Assembly (NCBI GenBank): GCA_034780895.1
Contig: JAUZTB010000068.1
Coordinates: 21,277,964 to 21,341,963 of the forward strand
Origin: Rhynchobatus australiae
Taxonomy: Eukaryota
DNA: 64,000 bases
Direction: 5' to 3'
The notes under the pieces were generated by a model. That model was given only the letters and a program-made list of their open reading frames with translations. It ran no database searches and was not told the DNA's origin. Each line of letters opens with the position of its first letter. Within the stretch, counting starts at the first letter, position 1. Shown here piece by piece: positions 13,701 through 26,683 of the stretch. Position numbers and translations under genes: made by a program.

Positions 13701-14857
13701 TTCAAAAATAAATAAAAAAGTATAGACTGGACATATTTTCACAAAGGGATAAAAAAGTCAAATCTTGAGCCCTCTGGATAACAAAACATATGGAGATTTA
13801 AATGAAATAAATTAAAGTGCACAGTAACTGTTAGATATACAATTCAGCAATGAATCATGCTGAATACATTTTCTTACAGGCTCAAAGAACTTTAAAAGGA
13901 AATAAGAGCAAACACATGCATTAAGAATAAATTAGTGAATAAAGATAAAGAGAACTACAAAGTCTTTAAGAAAAAAATACAAAGGGTGGTCAACAGAAGG
14001 GTGGAGCTAATTCCTAACTAAAGGAGATCTTCTGTGAAAGCAGAGTATGGCTGAGATACCAAACGAGTAATTTGCAAGCATCCACATTGCAAGCCACAAC
14101 AAAGGCAGTGGTTAACAGAAACTTAATAGGATAAAAATGGTACCTAAAGGCTGGCAACACTTAAAATAGAAAAAAAATCACCCAGTCAGAATGGGATACA
14201 TAATGTTGCCTTGATAAAAAGAGTGGAAATTGCAGAGGTTCTGATCATAACCTCTCATTCTCCCTTAGGTATGGAAGAGATGCACGAGGACATAAAGACT
14301 TTAAATGTTACTCCTCCTCTCAAGGTGAGACGTCGTCCTGACAATAACAGGGCAGTCAGCCCATTGACAGTCTTGGGAAAATTTTAAGGTATTAAGACAA
14401 TATTAGGAAGCATGACATTCAACAATGCAGTAACAAATGATGAGCAACAGGGTACATTTAAGTGGCACTTTGAAAATGACTGTAAGAATAAAAATTAAAA
14501 GGTAAATTGTATTTGACTGTTTTGATTGAATTCTTTGAAAAAAATTACAGTGTGGGGTAAAAGAGGGGATGGTTATGTTGGTGTAAATAGACTTGCTAAA
14601 GATTTTCAATTAAAGAACCATATTATAGACTTGTGGATANNNNNNNNNNNNNNNNNNNNNNNNNNNNNNNNNNNNNNNNNNNNNNNNNNNNNNNNNNNNN
14701 NNNNNNNNNNNNNNNNNNNNNNNNNNNNNNNNNNNNNNNATAGACTTGTGGATACACAGATGGCCACACGTGATTTTTTTTAGCCTGCAGGGAAGAGTGG
14801 AGTTGCGTACCCATGGGTTGTTGCTGGGAACATGGCTTCATATACTCACTGCTTTCT

Positions 14858-15195
14858 GGGGAGAGCTGGTGGAGTTGCTGCGTCACAGCTCCACTGGATT
14901 CAATTGTGATTTCTCGTGCTGTTTGTACGGAGTTTGCATGTTCCCTCTATGACAATGTGGGTTTCTTGCAGGTGCTCATTTTCTCCCACATGCTAAAGAT
15001 GTGCAGGTTGGTAGCTTAATTGACCACTGTAAATTACTTTAGTGTGCAGGTGAGTGGAGTGGTAATGATAGACCTGTGGGGAGTTGATGAGAATGTGGGA
15101 GAGCAAAACGGGATTACTGTTGGATTCATGTAAATGGGTGCTTGCGTATCGATGTGAACTTGGTAGGCTGAAGGGCCTGTTTTCATGCTGCATGA
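14858..15195 (+). mobile_element. HE1/V-SINE-like SINE copy nested in a CR1 fragment
   Basis: TCACAGCTCC...GGAGTTTGCATGTTC...TAATTGACCACTGTAAATT...GGCTGAAGGGCCTGTTTTCATGCTG. Confidence 0.75.
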
Positions 15196-15223
15196 CTATT
15201 TATCATTGACATGGATGCGAGTA

Positions 15224-15510
15224 CAGGCTATCCCTGGGTTATGAACACCCAATTTACGGACACTTGTACATAAGATTTAGCTCCCATAATATTATTAAAT
15301 TCAAAAGTCCAACACACAGAACTAGTTTCCTTTCTTGCCACTTTTAGTAATTATTCTTTCTTATCAATCTTATTTGTTTTTTATGCTATTCATTACAATA
15401 CTGTGGAGGTACAGTTACCATATAGTGATTTTTGTGTTCCGACTTATGGACAAAAATTGACTTAAGGATGGCTGTAAAACTGGAACCCATTCGTTACTGG
15501 GGATGGTCTG
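15224..15510. mobile_element. Non-autonomous Tc1/mariner (Tigger/pogo-like) MITE, about 290 bp
   Basis: Imperfect terminal inverted repeats TA|CAGGCTATCCCTGGGTTATGAA and TTCGTTACTGGGGATGGTCTG; AT-rich interior. Confidence 0.6.
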
Positions 15511-17006
15511 CAGATAGGAACTAATTTTGAAGTCTGCAGGTACCTGGAAACAAACTAAACTGCAAGGACAGGAGCAGACTTCAGGAGGATGTAGTTTAGT
15601 GAAACAGGAAGATGCTAAATACGTGAAATTTAACAACAAAATGATTCACTGCCTTAGAAGGCAGTACAAGTTCAATGACACAATTTCAAAGGAGGTGCAG
15701 TTAAAAAGAGAGATCTGGGGTTGACATTTAGAAGTCCTCACGACTGAAAATTATTTAAAAAAATTACAAGATATTTGGCTATATTAATAGAGTACATAAG
15801 TAAGTAAGCTATGCTAATGCACATTAGGCCTCAGCTGGGGCAATGTGGGCAATTTTGCATACACATTAAGATGCCACCAAGGAAAGATGAGAGAAACTAG
15901 AGTTGCTCTTCTTTGAACAGTGAAGGTTAAGAAGAGATTTGGTATAGGTGTTCAAAGTTGTCATAAAAGAAACTGTTTTCAGTGACAAAGCTTTAAGGTA
16001 ATTGGCAAAAGAACCATTGGTGATATAAATACAAAAACCTTTGTGCAGCATGTTATGATGACCTGAAATGCATTGCCTGAAAGGATGATGGAAGTAGGTT
16101 CAATAAAAACTTCCAAAAAAACTGTTTCCAGTGGAAACATTTCTGGGATATGTGGGAACAGGGATATTTGATAGCACTTTCAATAGGAAGGCCTGGATGG
16201 CTTCTTCCATGCCACATTATTCTTTGATTTTATGAAGCACCAACACAAAGACGTGGCAAAGGAAGGGAGAAAAATGCAAAGATGGCCAGTGTCAAAAACT
16301 GTAAATTGAAGGAAGAACTGAAGAAGATACTTACTGAAAACGACAAACTTCTAAGATGTTATCCTGCATAAAACTCTTCAGCATCAGTAACTTCTGCGAT
16401 TTATTCCTTTTTGCCACCTTGGGCATTTTCTACCCTATAAATCAACCTATTCTTAGCTTCTGCCTTCTCTCCCCCATAGTGCTGATTCGAGCTTTTACTC
16501 CCTCTGCTTCCAATATCAAGTATTACTCTGCTTCTCCTCCTCCTACTTGCAAATTGCTGTTTCCAGCCTATGTCCTCTGAAAATATCACCCCTGGCTTCC
16601 TTTAAGTATTTATTTCATCCTCCCACCTTGGGATACCTGTATGATCCATACCACTCCACACTTTGAACTAGTATTAACATTTGTTTAGTGAACATTCCTG
16701 TCCACAATACACAAACGATACACACTATCTAGACCTGAAGTTCCAGCCAATTAGAATAGCTGGCTTTGAGAGGTATAATGATTTCCATTGCAGACATTAC
16801 CACAAAAACAAGTTTAAACACTACATCTTAACTAGTGAGACTTAAGATTCTGTCTTTACAGGCAAAATACCATGCATAAATGTATATACTAGGGATATAT
16901 TTAAATAGCTGTTCAAACAATTATAAAGTTTTAAACAAAGTTATAATTTGTTTATCACTTGGGGAAGTTCAAAAAAGTGCCATGGGCTAAAGTACACAAA
17001 TCTTAC

Positions 17007-18478
17007 CTTAAAGTCTGCCAGTTGCTGATTGATAATATCAACTTCTGTACCCACATTTCCTTGCAATTCTTCACCCTCTTCTGTTTTGGTAAGAAGATTA
17101 TTTAATTCTTTGAGTTTTTCATAGAAATCTTCAACACGTTCCACAGTCATCTCTACTTGTTCTTGTCTGTTCCTTCCGCGTTCAAGTAGTTTACCACATT
17201 GCTTGTTCAAGGCTTCAAGCTCTCGTTTCAGTCCTTGTAGGTCTGGACTGCCTTCTACCTCTAGCATCTGTTTGCATTCTTCTTCTGAAGTTTCAATATC
17301 TTTCTTTAGTTTTTTAAGCTTGCTCATAAACTGCTTAATATCATCAGTTTGTGACTGCAGACTGTCCAGGTCTCTCCCAATAGGACTCATGCTGTCTAAT
17401 TCGTCATCCAAGTCCGCAAGATGTGAAAACATTTCCCGAATATGGTTCTGGAAATGCCCAATTCCTTGAAGTCTGTTTTCCATTGCCAAACAGCTTTCAT
17501 CCACTCTCTGTTTTACATTGCCATACTCTTGCTGAACTAATTCTGCTTGCTGTAAGAGCTGTGATGAATCTGCACCATCAGGGGTGTCCTCTGCCAGTCC
17601 TCGAGCCAGGTCTCTCAGGTATTCTACTTGCGATTCTAGGATCTGAAGAGCTTCCTGGCGTGTCCTCAACTTTTCCAAGTTCTTATTACTGTAGGCCTGT
17701 GATCCAAGAGCATCATATATTTCAAGCTGTTGTTTCGCACTGTCAAGCTTCACTTGAATGCTTTTCAGGGAATCCTGAAACTCCTTCAGCCTTTGGGCCA
17801 TTTCTTCAATTGATTCACTTTTGGCTTGAAGTTGTTCTGTAACAAGGTCCATCCTCTGGTTTATATCTGTCTTTTCATCTCTAATATCTTCTTCATCCAC
17901 CTGACAGGAATCTACAAGGATGTCAGCAGCAGTGTTCATCATCTCCAGCAACGATCGATGTTTCTCCACATCATGTTGTAGATCCTTTGCATTAGCTAAA
18001 GAGGAGTTCAGTTGTGCTGGATCAATGGTGATCTCTAGTTCTTCCACTTTACATTCACATTCTTCNNNNNNNNNNNNNNNNNNNNNNNNNNNNNNNNNNN
18101 NNNNNNNNNNNNNNNNNNNNNNNNNNNNNNNNNNNNNNNNNNNNNNNNNNNNNNNNNNNNNNNNNNNNNNNNNNNNNNNNNNNNNNNNNNNNNNNNNNNN
18201 NNNNNNNNNNNNNNNNNNNNNNNNNNNNTGGGCACTTCGAACGAGAGACTCTCCTTCAGCCAGGATCATCTCATAGGAGCCCGAGTGCTGATTCAGACTT
18301 TTTTGGAACTCCTCCTGCTCACTTATTTGAGATTGTAAAGTGTCCAGTTTTGCAGACACAAGAGGTTTCCGTGTATGCTCACTGCATTTCCCATCCAGCC
18401 ACAGCCTGAGTTCATCAAAGGTTTGTTGAAACTGCTGAGAACTGGCCAGAGTTGTTTGAAGCTGATTTATGCGATCAC
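17007..18478 (-). CDS. MACF1: MACF1 large spectrin-repeat exon, 1472 nt (GDRINQLQ...QQLADFK), with an internal N run at 18066-18228
   Basis: CCTCCAG acceptor, AAG|GTAAGA donor, phase 1-0; the frame is preserved across the gap. Confidence 0.96.
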
Positions 18479-20068
18479 CTGGAGGTGACAAATCATTAAG
18501 GACATGTTGCTTCATAATCAATTCTGAAACAGGAGTATTCCTCAAATTTGCCAAATTATAGATTTAAGAGTGTATTTTCTGAAGTATTGTAATCTGGAAC
18601 TGAAAGCAAACTTCAGAATGCAATATTTATTTGATATTTATGGACAAGCTTAACTTTTTCGATCCACTGTTCCTCACACTTATGAACACTAACAATTAAA
18701 TTCTGAATAACCTGACGCTAGGTTAGCCAAAAGAAAATAGGCTTTTTTTTGTTTCAAAAGACCATACCCTAGTTTAACTTCAGAATAATAATCCATGGAT
18801 CATAAATTACAACATGAATGCATTAATACCTGTAGACCATTGATTTATCATAAGTAATCAGGAATATGTGAAACATTGTTTGGGGTTAAATCTAATAACC
18901 AGTTAATGGAATTTCATTGACACGGGCAGATGCTCTCAATGTTTGGCACAGAAACCATTTAATTTTTCCTCCATTATGATAGGTTACACTTGACACCTAA
19001 TTTATACATGACTGGAAGCAGTTATATAATGTGGCTATAATGTCCTTCAACTATTTTAGCATTGCACATACAATGAAGATGTTTATGAGCAGTCACTAAT
19101 TGGTAAATATATCCTTTACCAAACTCTCTGCAGAATTCTCCTTAACTTGTACAAGTGTGATTTTTAATCTGCAAAAGTGTAGTTTGTCTGCAGCTAATTG
19201 TATTTGTTTCCTTAAAAACTAAATTTCAAATAGAAATAAAGCCATCAGTTCAAAAATCCAAATTATAAAGATTCTTAATTATAGGTACCACATTTACACA
19301 TGGATCAGAACATCCCAGGATCAAATCAGAAGTTTTGTGTTAATTTAATTGATATTACCTGGGGAGTGACTGGAATGATAAATATATTTTAGTGCACCTG
19401 AGCTACAAAGGGGAGAAAGATTGGAACACATTCTCATTTTCCAGTGACTTGAAAGTACATGTGCATGGGTATTAAATGAGAACAGAATAGGTTTTAAAAG
19501 CAAGGCTCTCCACAGTTACTCAGCCTATAAACTCTCATCCTCAATGTTCACAGACTATAGGTGTCTATTTAGATTCCAGAAAGCAGGTTTAACGCATAAA
19601 TATCAACTTTCTAAGCAGAGGGTGAAACAGGGAACAAATATGAAATAATAATTGCAGGAGCTAAAAGTAAAAACAATTGGGAAAAGAATGACAAGATGCA
19701 ATGATAGAAATAAGGTAAAGTTATCAGCACATTAACTTTTAAGGAGTAAATTAAAGAGCAGTTTTCAGGCTCAGATAAGGATTTATCCTTAAAGCATTAG
19801 CTTAGCCAGTACATTCAGTACTGTACTGGTACAGTATTAGCCTGTACTGGATCAGTCCATTAGAAGTGTTTCAAGTAATTTCTTTAATACCAGGGTTTCA
19901 GCAACAAACTGATGGAAGAGTGGACCACTCCCAAAATAAAAGTTCACAAGATGAAAAATCACAGAAGCTGGCTGTTATTTCATTTGGTAGGATTGATTAA
20001 CTTATTTTGAAATTACATCATCTTGTTCTTTGGCACAATGCAAATAAATCTGTAGTATCTATACCAAC

Positions 20069-20564
20069 CTGCTCTCTCTTCAAGACCATTAAATGGCATC
20101 AAGACCGCATCTAGCCGCTTACGAAGCTCATCCTTTAAATACTGTTCACCAATAAGGGAGGACAGGTCATCACAGAGATTTTGGGCTTCTTCGATCTGCT
20201 CCTTCTGCTGCTCTAAATCTGAACGGATTTCACTGATTTCTTCGAGTTGCTGTTTGACAATGTCTGGTTGTGTGCTGATCACTGATTGACTGTTTAATTT
20301 ATTATTCAGGATCCTGACTTTGTCGCTGAGTCTCTGCAGTAACTCTTGGTACTCTGTACTCTTGGCTGTGGCCTGATCAATTTGATTAGAACGACTGCTG
20401 AGCTGGTCAGTGAGGTTATCCCATTTTTCATTGATGGCTCTGTGCTGGTCTCTCACCTGGCTGTCAGAAGGAGACACATCACCAGGTGCACAGAGTATGC
20501 CATTTGCTGCTTGGTTAAGTTGTTCATATTGGGGTTTACGAGTCTCAAATTCCTTCAGCATGAA
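20069..20564 (-). CDS. MACF1: MACF1 exon, 496 nt (FMLKEFE...LEERA)
   Basis: GTGACAG acceptor, G|GTTGGT donor, phase 0-1; IGEQYLKDEL signature. Confidence 0.95.
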
Positions 20565-21499
20565 CTGTCACAAACAAAAAAAACATTAATTAGAGATACT
20601 GGGAACAAATTCATATTTAATCTTCCATGGCTCATGAGTGAATGATAGTGGGCTAGAAATGTTTTTATTCCTAAAAATAATTCTGCCTGGGGAACTATCC
20701 ATTTGTCCTTGTACCAAAGGAGTGCTGCATGTGTGGGGAGGATGGAGGCAAAAAACATGTTTTCGGATACGCAAGAGCATATGAGCATTTAAAAGTTGCA
20801 GAACCTTGATTTTTCTATTACTGTACATTAAACTCTAGTCATTTCAACAATGCTGTGGACCTGTAAAAACTTAACTAAAAGTAACTGCTCTTAAAAAGGG
20901 AAATGACTACTAATTTGCACCACTGCTATAGGTCATTGTGAATTACATTTGTGTTAGTGTCCACTGATAACTGCAAGTGATCTACAACTGGGCAGGACAA
21001 AAGGCTCCAGATTTAGTAGAGGTAACCTGGACATACTCATGATAAACAAAGAGCCAAGGGAGGTCCGTTATACTAGGTGTGCCAGTGCTGTTCCCTTTCC
21101 TGTCCTGGTAATTGATACATTGTAAGGAGAATGAGATGGAGATCACTGGTATTACTCTGTGGTATCAATGACATGAGGAGAGTCTGAAATTATTATGAAT
21201 CAGGGCATGCTCTTTTATACCCCATCACCCTCATCCGACTATCCAATGGCACGTCTTTTACCCTCATCCTCCCCTACTGTGCCTTTATTAACATGGAATC
21301 ATAGAAGATCCAAACCGCCCAGTTCCCAACCTATCAGCTCCATTGTTGAGCAGCCCACCATAATGGGGAAGTCACTATACCAGTGCACTCAACATCAGCT
21401 CCAATCCCTGCACCTCAAAATGAGAATGGTGATAGAAGTGCTAATTTCACTTGTTGACAGATCAGTGCTGGTGAACTAGCCAGGACAGGGGCCTTGGGT

Positions 21500-22030
21500 A
21501 GCTAAAGTGCTGACTCCCCAGGGGGAGGGACTGACATTGCACACCAGTGCTACCCCACAGGCCTCAGATGAGGGCTAAGACAGGCAGCTTAAATGAGAAG
21601 GCTGAGGCAGATCTAATGAAGATTCTTGCCACATGGTCTGGCCTGTGTGAAAGCTGGTGAGAGATCTTGAGAGGCACTGCAGTCTTTTTTTTCAACTTTT
21701 TGTAGGACTTTGCCTGGAGCCCCACTTTGCCAGTTGGGATGGTGTACACATTATGCAGTGGGTGGAGATCCAACCACAGTGGAGCAAACTCATGGCAATA
21801 GTACCCCATCAGTTTTCATCATGGCATAGGCAGAGGCCACATAATGTCTTTAAACGCTGTGCAAGAAGGCAACAGTCTACAGTGTTGCCAGCTATCACAG
21901 ATTTATATGCCTGCCAAGCACAAAGCATCGGAATACAAAGCCAACTGCAAGTATGAGAAGTCATACTTGAATTGAGGCATCTTGTGTATGGAAGCACAGG
22001 CAAAAAGTTTTCATGAATCTCAAGATGTGT
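21500..22030 (-). mobile_element. Probable RTE-like LINE RT fragment, decayed
   Basis: Composition differs from the AT-rich intron. Minus-strand peptides such as AWQAYKSVIAGNTVDC and YTIPTGKVGLQ resemble a LINE RT region. Confidence 0.4.
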
Positions 22031-22155
22031 CATCTACCCATATTCGTATTTTGTAAATCATTCAGCAGTGGTTCTTCCTTCATGCTGCTGTTAAAAGCCA
22101 AGCAATACCCAAAAAACATTTCCAGTTCTTGTTTAGTTTTTTTTGTTAATATTAC

Positions 22156-22355
22156 CTGCACTTGTTGTTTCTGAGCACGCAGCATATTTGGATCAATTGA
22201 GAGAGGACCCAGTACACTCATCATTAACTCCTTTTCTGATAACCATGGACTGAGCTGCGATTCTGTGTTCTGGAAACTTGCAAGAAGATCTGCTGATTCT
22301 TCTAGTTTTTGTTGCCTTTCAGTTATTGCCTGATTGGCACGAGCCCACTTTGACT
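22156..22355 (-). CDS. MACF1: MACF1 exon, 200 nt (ESKWARAN...QKQQVQ)
   Basis: Phase 1-0, CAG|GTAATA donor; EKELMMSVLGPLSIDPNML signature. Confidence 0.95.
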
Positions 22356-23772
22356 CTAAAAATAACATAAATAACAATGATAATTTATGCTGAGAAAAAT
22401 TTCAGGCAATATTACACATAATGGTTCATCCTACTGCTTTTGCCATAATAAGACATTTTGTGCTTACCATCAATGCAATGCAAAATGATTGAAAAATTTG
22501 TAATTCCATAATGTTAACTTAGGATAAAGACAATTTTAAAATCAGAATTAAAATCATGCTTTAACTCAAGTAGTTAATATAAGTTATAAAGCAAACTGGA
22601 AGCTCCAAACTAGCATTTAGAATGGAACACCTCACAATGACTTTCAGGATTCAATAATTTAGAAAACTGCAGTCATTCCACTCTGGTCAATTTCTTCTCT
22701 CAACATGTGGATTTGAGTCCTAACTTGGGATTATTTAAATATGGAATCTTGGCCCTTCATATAGTAATTTTGAAATATTCCTCACTTTAGGAGTATGCTT
22801 TTCTCCATGTGTTCATTAACAACAACTTGGAGGGAAGTAAAATCACGCTATTTTCTTTGCAGTAAATTATCTATAAATTATTTACATTATGTAGAGCTCA
22901 GGAGCTATTTTTATAATCTGAAAACCCTTTAAAACAATATATCCTTTGATGTCAAAAATTAAAATTTTTGTAGGAAGCTACGGCATAGGACATCAATGCT
23001 GAATATACTCCATCACGTGCAAGACTGCTCACAAGGGTAGCAGACAAGTTTGAAACTAGATACAAAGAGAGATGCTGGATTGCTCGTGCTAAGATATTGG
23101 CTAATGATTGCATTCACCTTTCCACATTCAGTTCTACACAATTACTGACTGGCGTGGACCAGAGTATAGAGGAAATAGAGCAATGAGCTGATACTATAGG
23201 GGCATTTAGCGCTAGTGAACAAAGATAGAATTTCTATACTGAGGTATTCTTTCTCAAGAGAGAAAGAAACTTATGAAATATATTATAATGGAGTCACATT
23301 AATTTATTACAAGGATTAAAGGAGGCTATTAAAATTCAATACTTAACAGACATCCATTATGGGAAATCATGAGTGTTGTGATTTCCACTTGAATCAACGG
23401 CTTTAAAACATATGATCTCTTCCTATTTTGAAAACAGAAACCACGTTTGGAGTACCACAGGAAACAGGTATCTATTTGATACTTAAGAGTTTTCAATTAT
23501 TCATAACAATTTGCAATATGCAGTTAAATGACCAACATTGTTCATGAATTACCAGAGTCATTTAGTTTCTCTTTAATTTCTTCATGCTTGATCAAGATTA
23601 AATTTCCCCACAGGACCTTTAACCCAAATTATCCCTTTGGTGCTTATCCTATAGAAAAGTAATGATCCAAATCTCATGACAGCTCTCTTGGGATCTGCTT
23701 CTTAATTTCTTAAGTGCAAAGCTTTCCATCCCATAAACTGGAATATTGGTATGAGAATCTCACTGGCTTTAC

Positions 23773-23902
23773 CTATGTGTTTGAGCATTTCTGTCCATTT
23801 CTTGGCTTCAGGTGAGTCTGGATTTTTCTTCAGTAAGTCTTTCAATGCCCCTTTAAGTTTATCAATCTTACCAGAATTCTGTTCAAGCTCAGCAAGATAG
23901 AC
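23773..23902 (-). CDS. MACF1: MACF1 exon, 130 nt (VYLAELEQNS...MLKHI); not in the ORF track
   Basis: Manual translation gives LAELEQNS and NPDSPEAKKW; TTTAG acceptor, G|GTAAAG donor, phase 0-1. Confidence 0.93.
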
Positions 23903-24615
23903 CTAAACAAAAGAGAAGTTCCGTGATTGACAACAACTTTGCAAATGTGCTTTGATTAACAGGCAACGTTGGATTCATTATCTGTAACATTCACCCATTG
24001 TGTCTGTATTTGGTCAATTCTTTGCATGTTTTTTGTTAATCTGTGTTTATTATTGATTTCAAAATGCAATTCTTCTTTTATATGAACTACACATTTTTTT
24101 AAACTTGGAATACAAGTGGAATTTTTCTAGAGCTTATTATGATTTAAGAAATTCACCAAAATTTCCCCCCATTTCTTCCATCATTCTGACAATATTTGAA
24201 AAGTGAAAATACTTCCAATTTAATTTGCTTTTCAATTAGAAGGCAATTGTTTATTTTTAATGGTAATGAAGATTCAGGTCTCCAGATGAACAACATGACA
24301 TTATCTTGTGGTCTGGGGAACACTGGAAACACAATATTCAATACAATAGATGATTATTTGTAGCCTGACGCAAGTATTCATTCTCCCATTTTAAATGAAA
24401 TTATACACTCTTCTAATTTTGTTCAACTCAAACCGATAAAGGAAACTTCTTCTGGTATTAGTCATTTGTGACCAATTCCTAACTTTCCCTTTTCCCTGCC
24501 AAATACGCTACTTGAAAAATACTCAAGCTACTCACAAGTTGAAAATCAGCTGGTTCATTTTAACTGTGGCATTAATCTTCTGGGATCTACATCACATTTA
24601 TTAAAAAAAAATCAC

Positions 24616-24851
24616 CTTGTTCTGCTCCACTTGCTCCTTCATTGCTTGTGTTTTGATTGATGATGAACTTAAAGAGGTTAAAGTCTGTTCTTTTAATTCC
24701 AACCAGTTCATGATAGAAGCAGTTTCTTCCTGCACCTCCTGCATTTGGTTAAGTGTGGCCATTAGATGGTCCTGACATTCCTTTAGCATATTACCAAGGG
24801 TTTTATAATTATGGTTCACATCGGAGACATTCTGCTGGATTTCTGCAAGTT
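24616..24851 (-). CDS. MACF1: MACF1 exon, 236 nt (ELAEIQQNV...VEQNK)
   Basis: TTTTTGTAG acceptor, AAG|GTGATT donor, phase 1-0. Confidence 0.93.
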
Positions 24852-25599
24852 CTACAAAAAGTTGAATGAGTCAGTGAGCAAGTGTGATTTACCTATTGTT
24901 TTAAAAGAATCAGAGACAAAACAACAGCTTTCATTGCTGACCTCAAAGTAAGCTGCCCTCCAAAAATCTACTGATACTGGTGATGTGAATTTCACCTATC
25001 CCAGTGTCAGTTACTGCTGGGCATCACTTCTGGGGTCTCAAGACATCCAGCGATAATGATGTCATCAGTATGACCAGCCAATAATATTAAAGAATTTGCA
25101 CAGCAGATCAAATTAAGCTTTAATTTTTATATTAACTAGCAAGTGAAGATGGAGATGTACACACAAGATTGAGGTGGATGCTGAAATAGCAAACACTATA
25201 ATAAAGTTAAAATCCATAGAATTTTGAAATGTCTATCTTTAGGGCTAAAGGGGTTAAGCTATAATTAGATTTAGTATTTCATTAACTCTGATGCATTACA
25301 CCCATAAAGCAAAACATTTTCAGGGCATTTTATCTAATTAGTAGGAATAGTTTTTAAATGTACGCAATTTTCATTAGCGGATGGATTTCTGAAGCTCATA
25401 TTGAAGAAGAGAACAAAACAGCACACCAAGGAAAAGCAAGGAAACACGGACAGTATACTTGGATAACTGCATATGTGTGTGCACTGGAGGTTGCTTCATA
25501 CAGTTGCTTTTTGGACAGGAGGAAGGGGAATAGTGGTATTCTGCAGGGATTATTGCTTCTTTTAAAAACAAAATCCTATATTATGGAACGGTAAGCCAC

Positions 25600-25965
25600 A
25601 ATTTCTAAATTGCACAAAATGATGAGCGTCGATGACAGAGTGGATGAGAGGCTATTTCTCTTGGTGGAAGGGTCAAGAATGAGAGGTCACAGGGCATAAT
25701 TAAAGGGAAAAGAATTAAGAATGATATAAGAAAAAGCCCTTTTTTAAGCTCATGTGTGTGTTTGGAATCTAGAAAATGGAGACAAGTTTCACTGTGACCT
25801 TCAGGGCAGAACTGGATAAATATATGGTGAGGAAAAATTTGCAAGGTCACATAGAAATAGCCAGGGTGTGGAACCACTGAACATCTCTGCAGAGTGCTGG
25901 CATGGACACGATGGGCTAAATGGCCTTCTTCTGTGCTGTAACCATTCTCTGATTTAGTTCTATGA
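25600..25965 (+). mobile_element. CR1 LINE 3' end
   Basis: GGGTCAAGAATGAGAGGTCACAG...GGGCTAAATGGCCTTCTTCTGTGCTGTAACCATTCT...CTATGA, a typical CR1 tail. Confidence 0.7.
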
Positions 25966-26137
25966 GATTTCCCCATTATAATGGTGTTGGTGAAAGCTAC
26001 ACGACTTGCATCTCATTGCAAATTCCAGAACATGACCTTGGATCGGACTAGGAGTCAGTATGTGCATATATTCTTTTTGTGACTGTATGGGCACAACATT
26101 CTTGTAATTTTATTTGGGTGGGTGGGGTTCTACCGGG

Positions 26138-26462
26138 AGGGGCAGCGGCACCACTGCCTCTCAGTTCCAGCTATCCAAGTTCAGTCCTGGCCTCCAGTAC
26201 TATCTGTGTGGAGTTTGCACATTTTCACTGTGACTACGCAGGTTTCTTCACACATTTGAAGACATGACATATTGGATGGACGGTTAATTGGTTACTGCAA
26301 ATTACTCCACGTGTAGGTGGCAATCAGGAGATTTGGGGGCGTTGATGAACATGTGGGAGAGACTAAGTTACAGGGAGATAAGTGGGAGAATGGGGCTGAT
26401 GGGAATGTGTTGACAGCTGGCATAGATTCGATGGGCCAACTGGTCACCCACTGTGTTGTAAA
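26138..26462 (+). mobile_element. HE1/V-SINE-like SINE copy
   Basis: TGTGTGGAGTTTGCAC...GGTTAATTGG...GATGGGCCAACTGG, colinear with the 28335 copy. Confidence 0.75.
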
Positions 26463-26620
26463 GAATTCTGAAAATACATAATTCTGTATTTTCCTATTTT
26501 CCTTAATGACATACAAATGAGAAATGTAATAATTCACCTCCCAACAATGGGAATCTAATTCAGGAGTAAAATGGTTAGAAAATCCAACATAGACACACCT
26601 CAGATTTCTAACATTCTCAC

Positions 26621-26683
26621 CTTTGTTTCTGTGGTACCCATTCATACTAGGTGCAGTCACTCCACCATTCATCATCACAGAAC
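26621..26683 (-). CDS. MACF1: MACF1 small symmetric exon, 63 nt (GSVMMNGGVTAPSMNGYHRNK)
   Basis: TTTACTCAG acceptor, AAG|GTGAGA donor, phase 1-1. NGYH matches the recalled human linker GSVNGYHTCK. Confidence 0.85.

Larger units (their letters stand above)
13930..16235 (+). mobile_element. Decayed CR1 LINE 3' part (RT region and tail), interrupted by a gap, a SINE and a MITE
   Basis: Degenerate CR1 RT-like segments (AATGTTACTCCTCCTCTCAAG, GAATTCTTTGAA, ATAGACTTGCTAAAGATTTTCAA, TTAGGCCTCAGCTGG) and tail TGGCTTCTTCCATGCCACATTATTCTTTGATTTTATGA. Confidence 0.7.

Noticed and set aside
17203-18276. Plus-strand ORFs overlapping the large exon (also 33349, 63250, 63592)
   Set aside because: These are Ser/Phe/Leu-rich antisense shadows of Glu/Lys/Gln-rich coding sequence.
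16941-18554. The 537-aa ORF as a stand-alone gene
   Set aside because: It is one internal exon with read-through into both introns; the splice sites are at 18479 and 17006.
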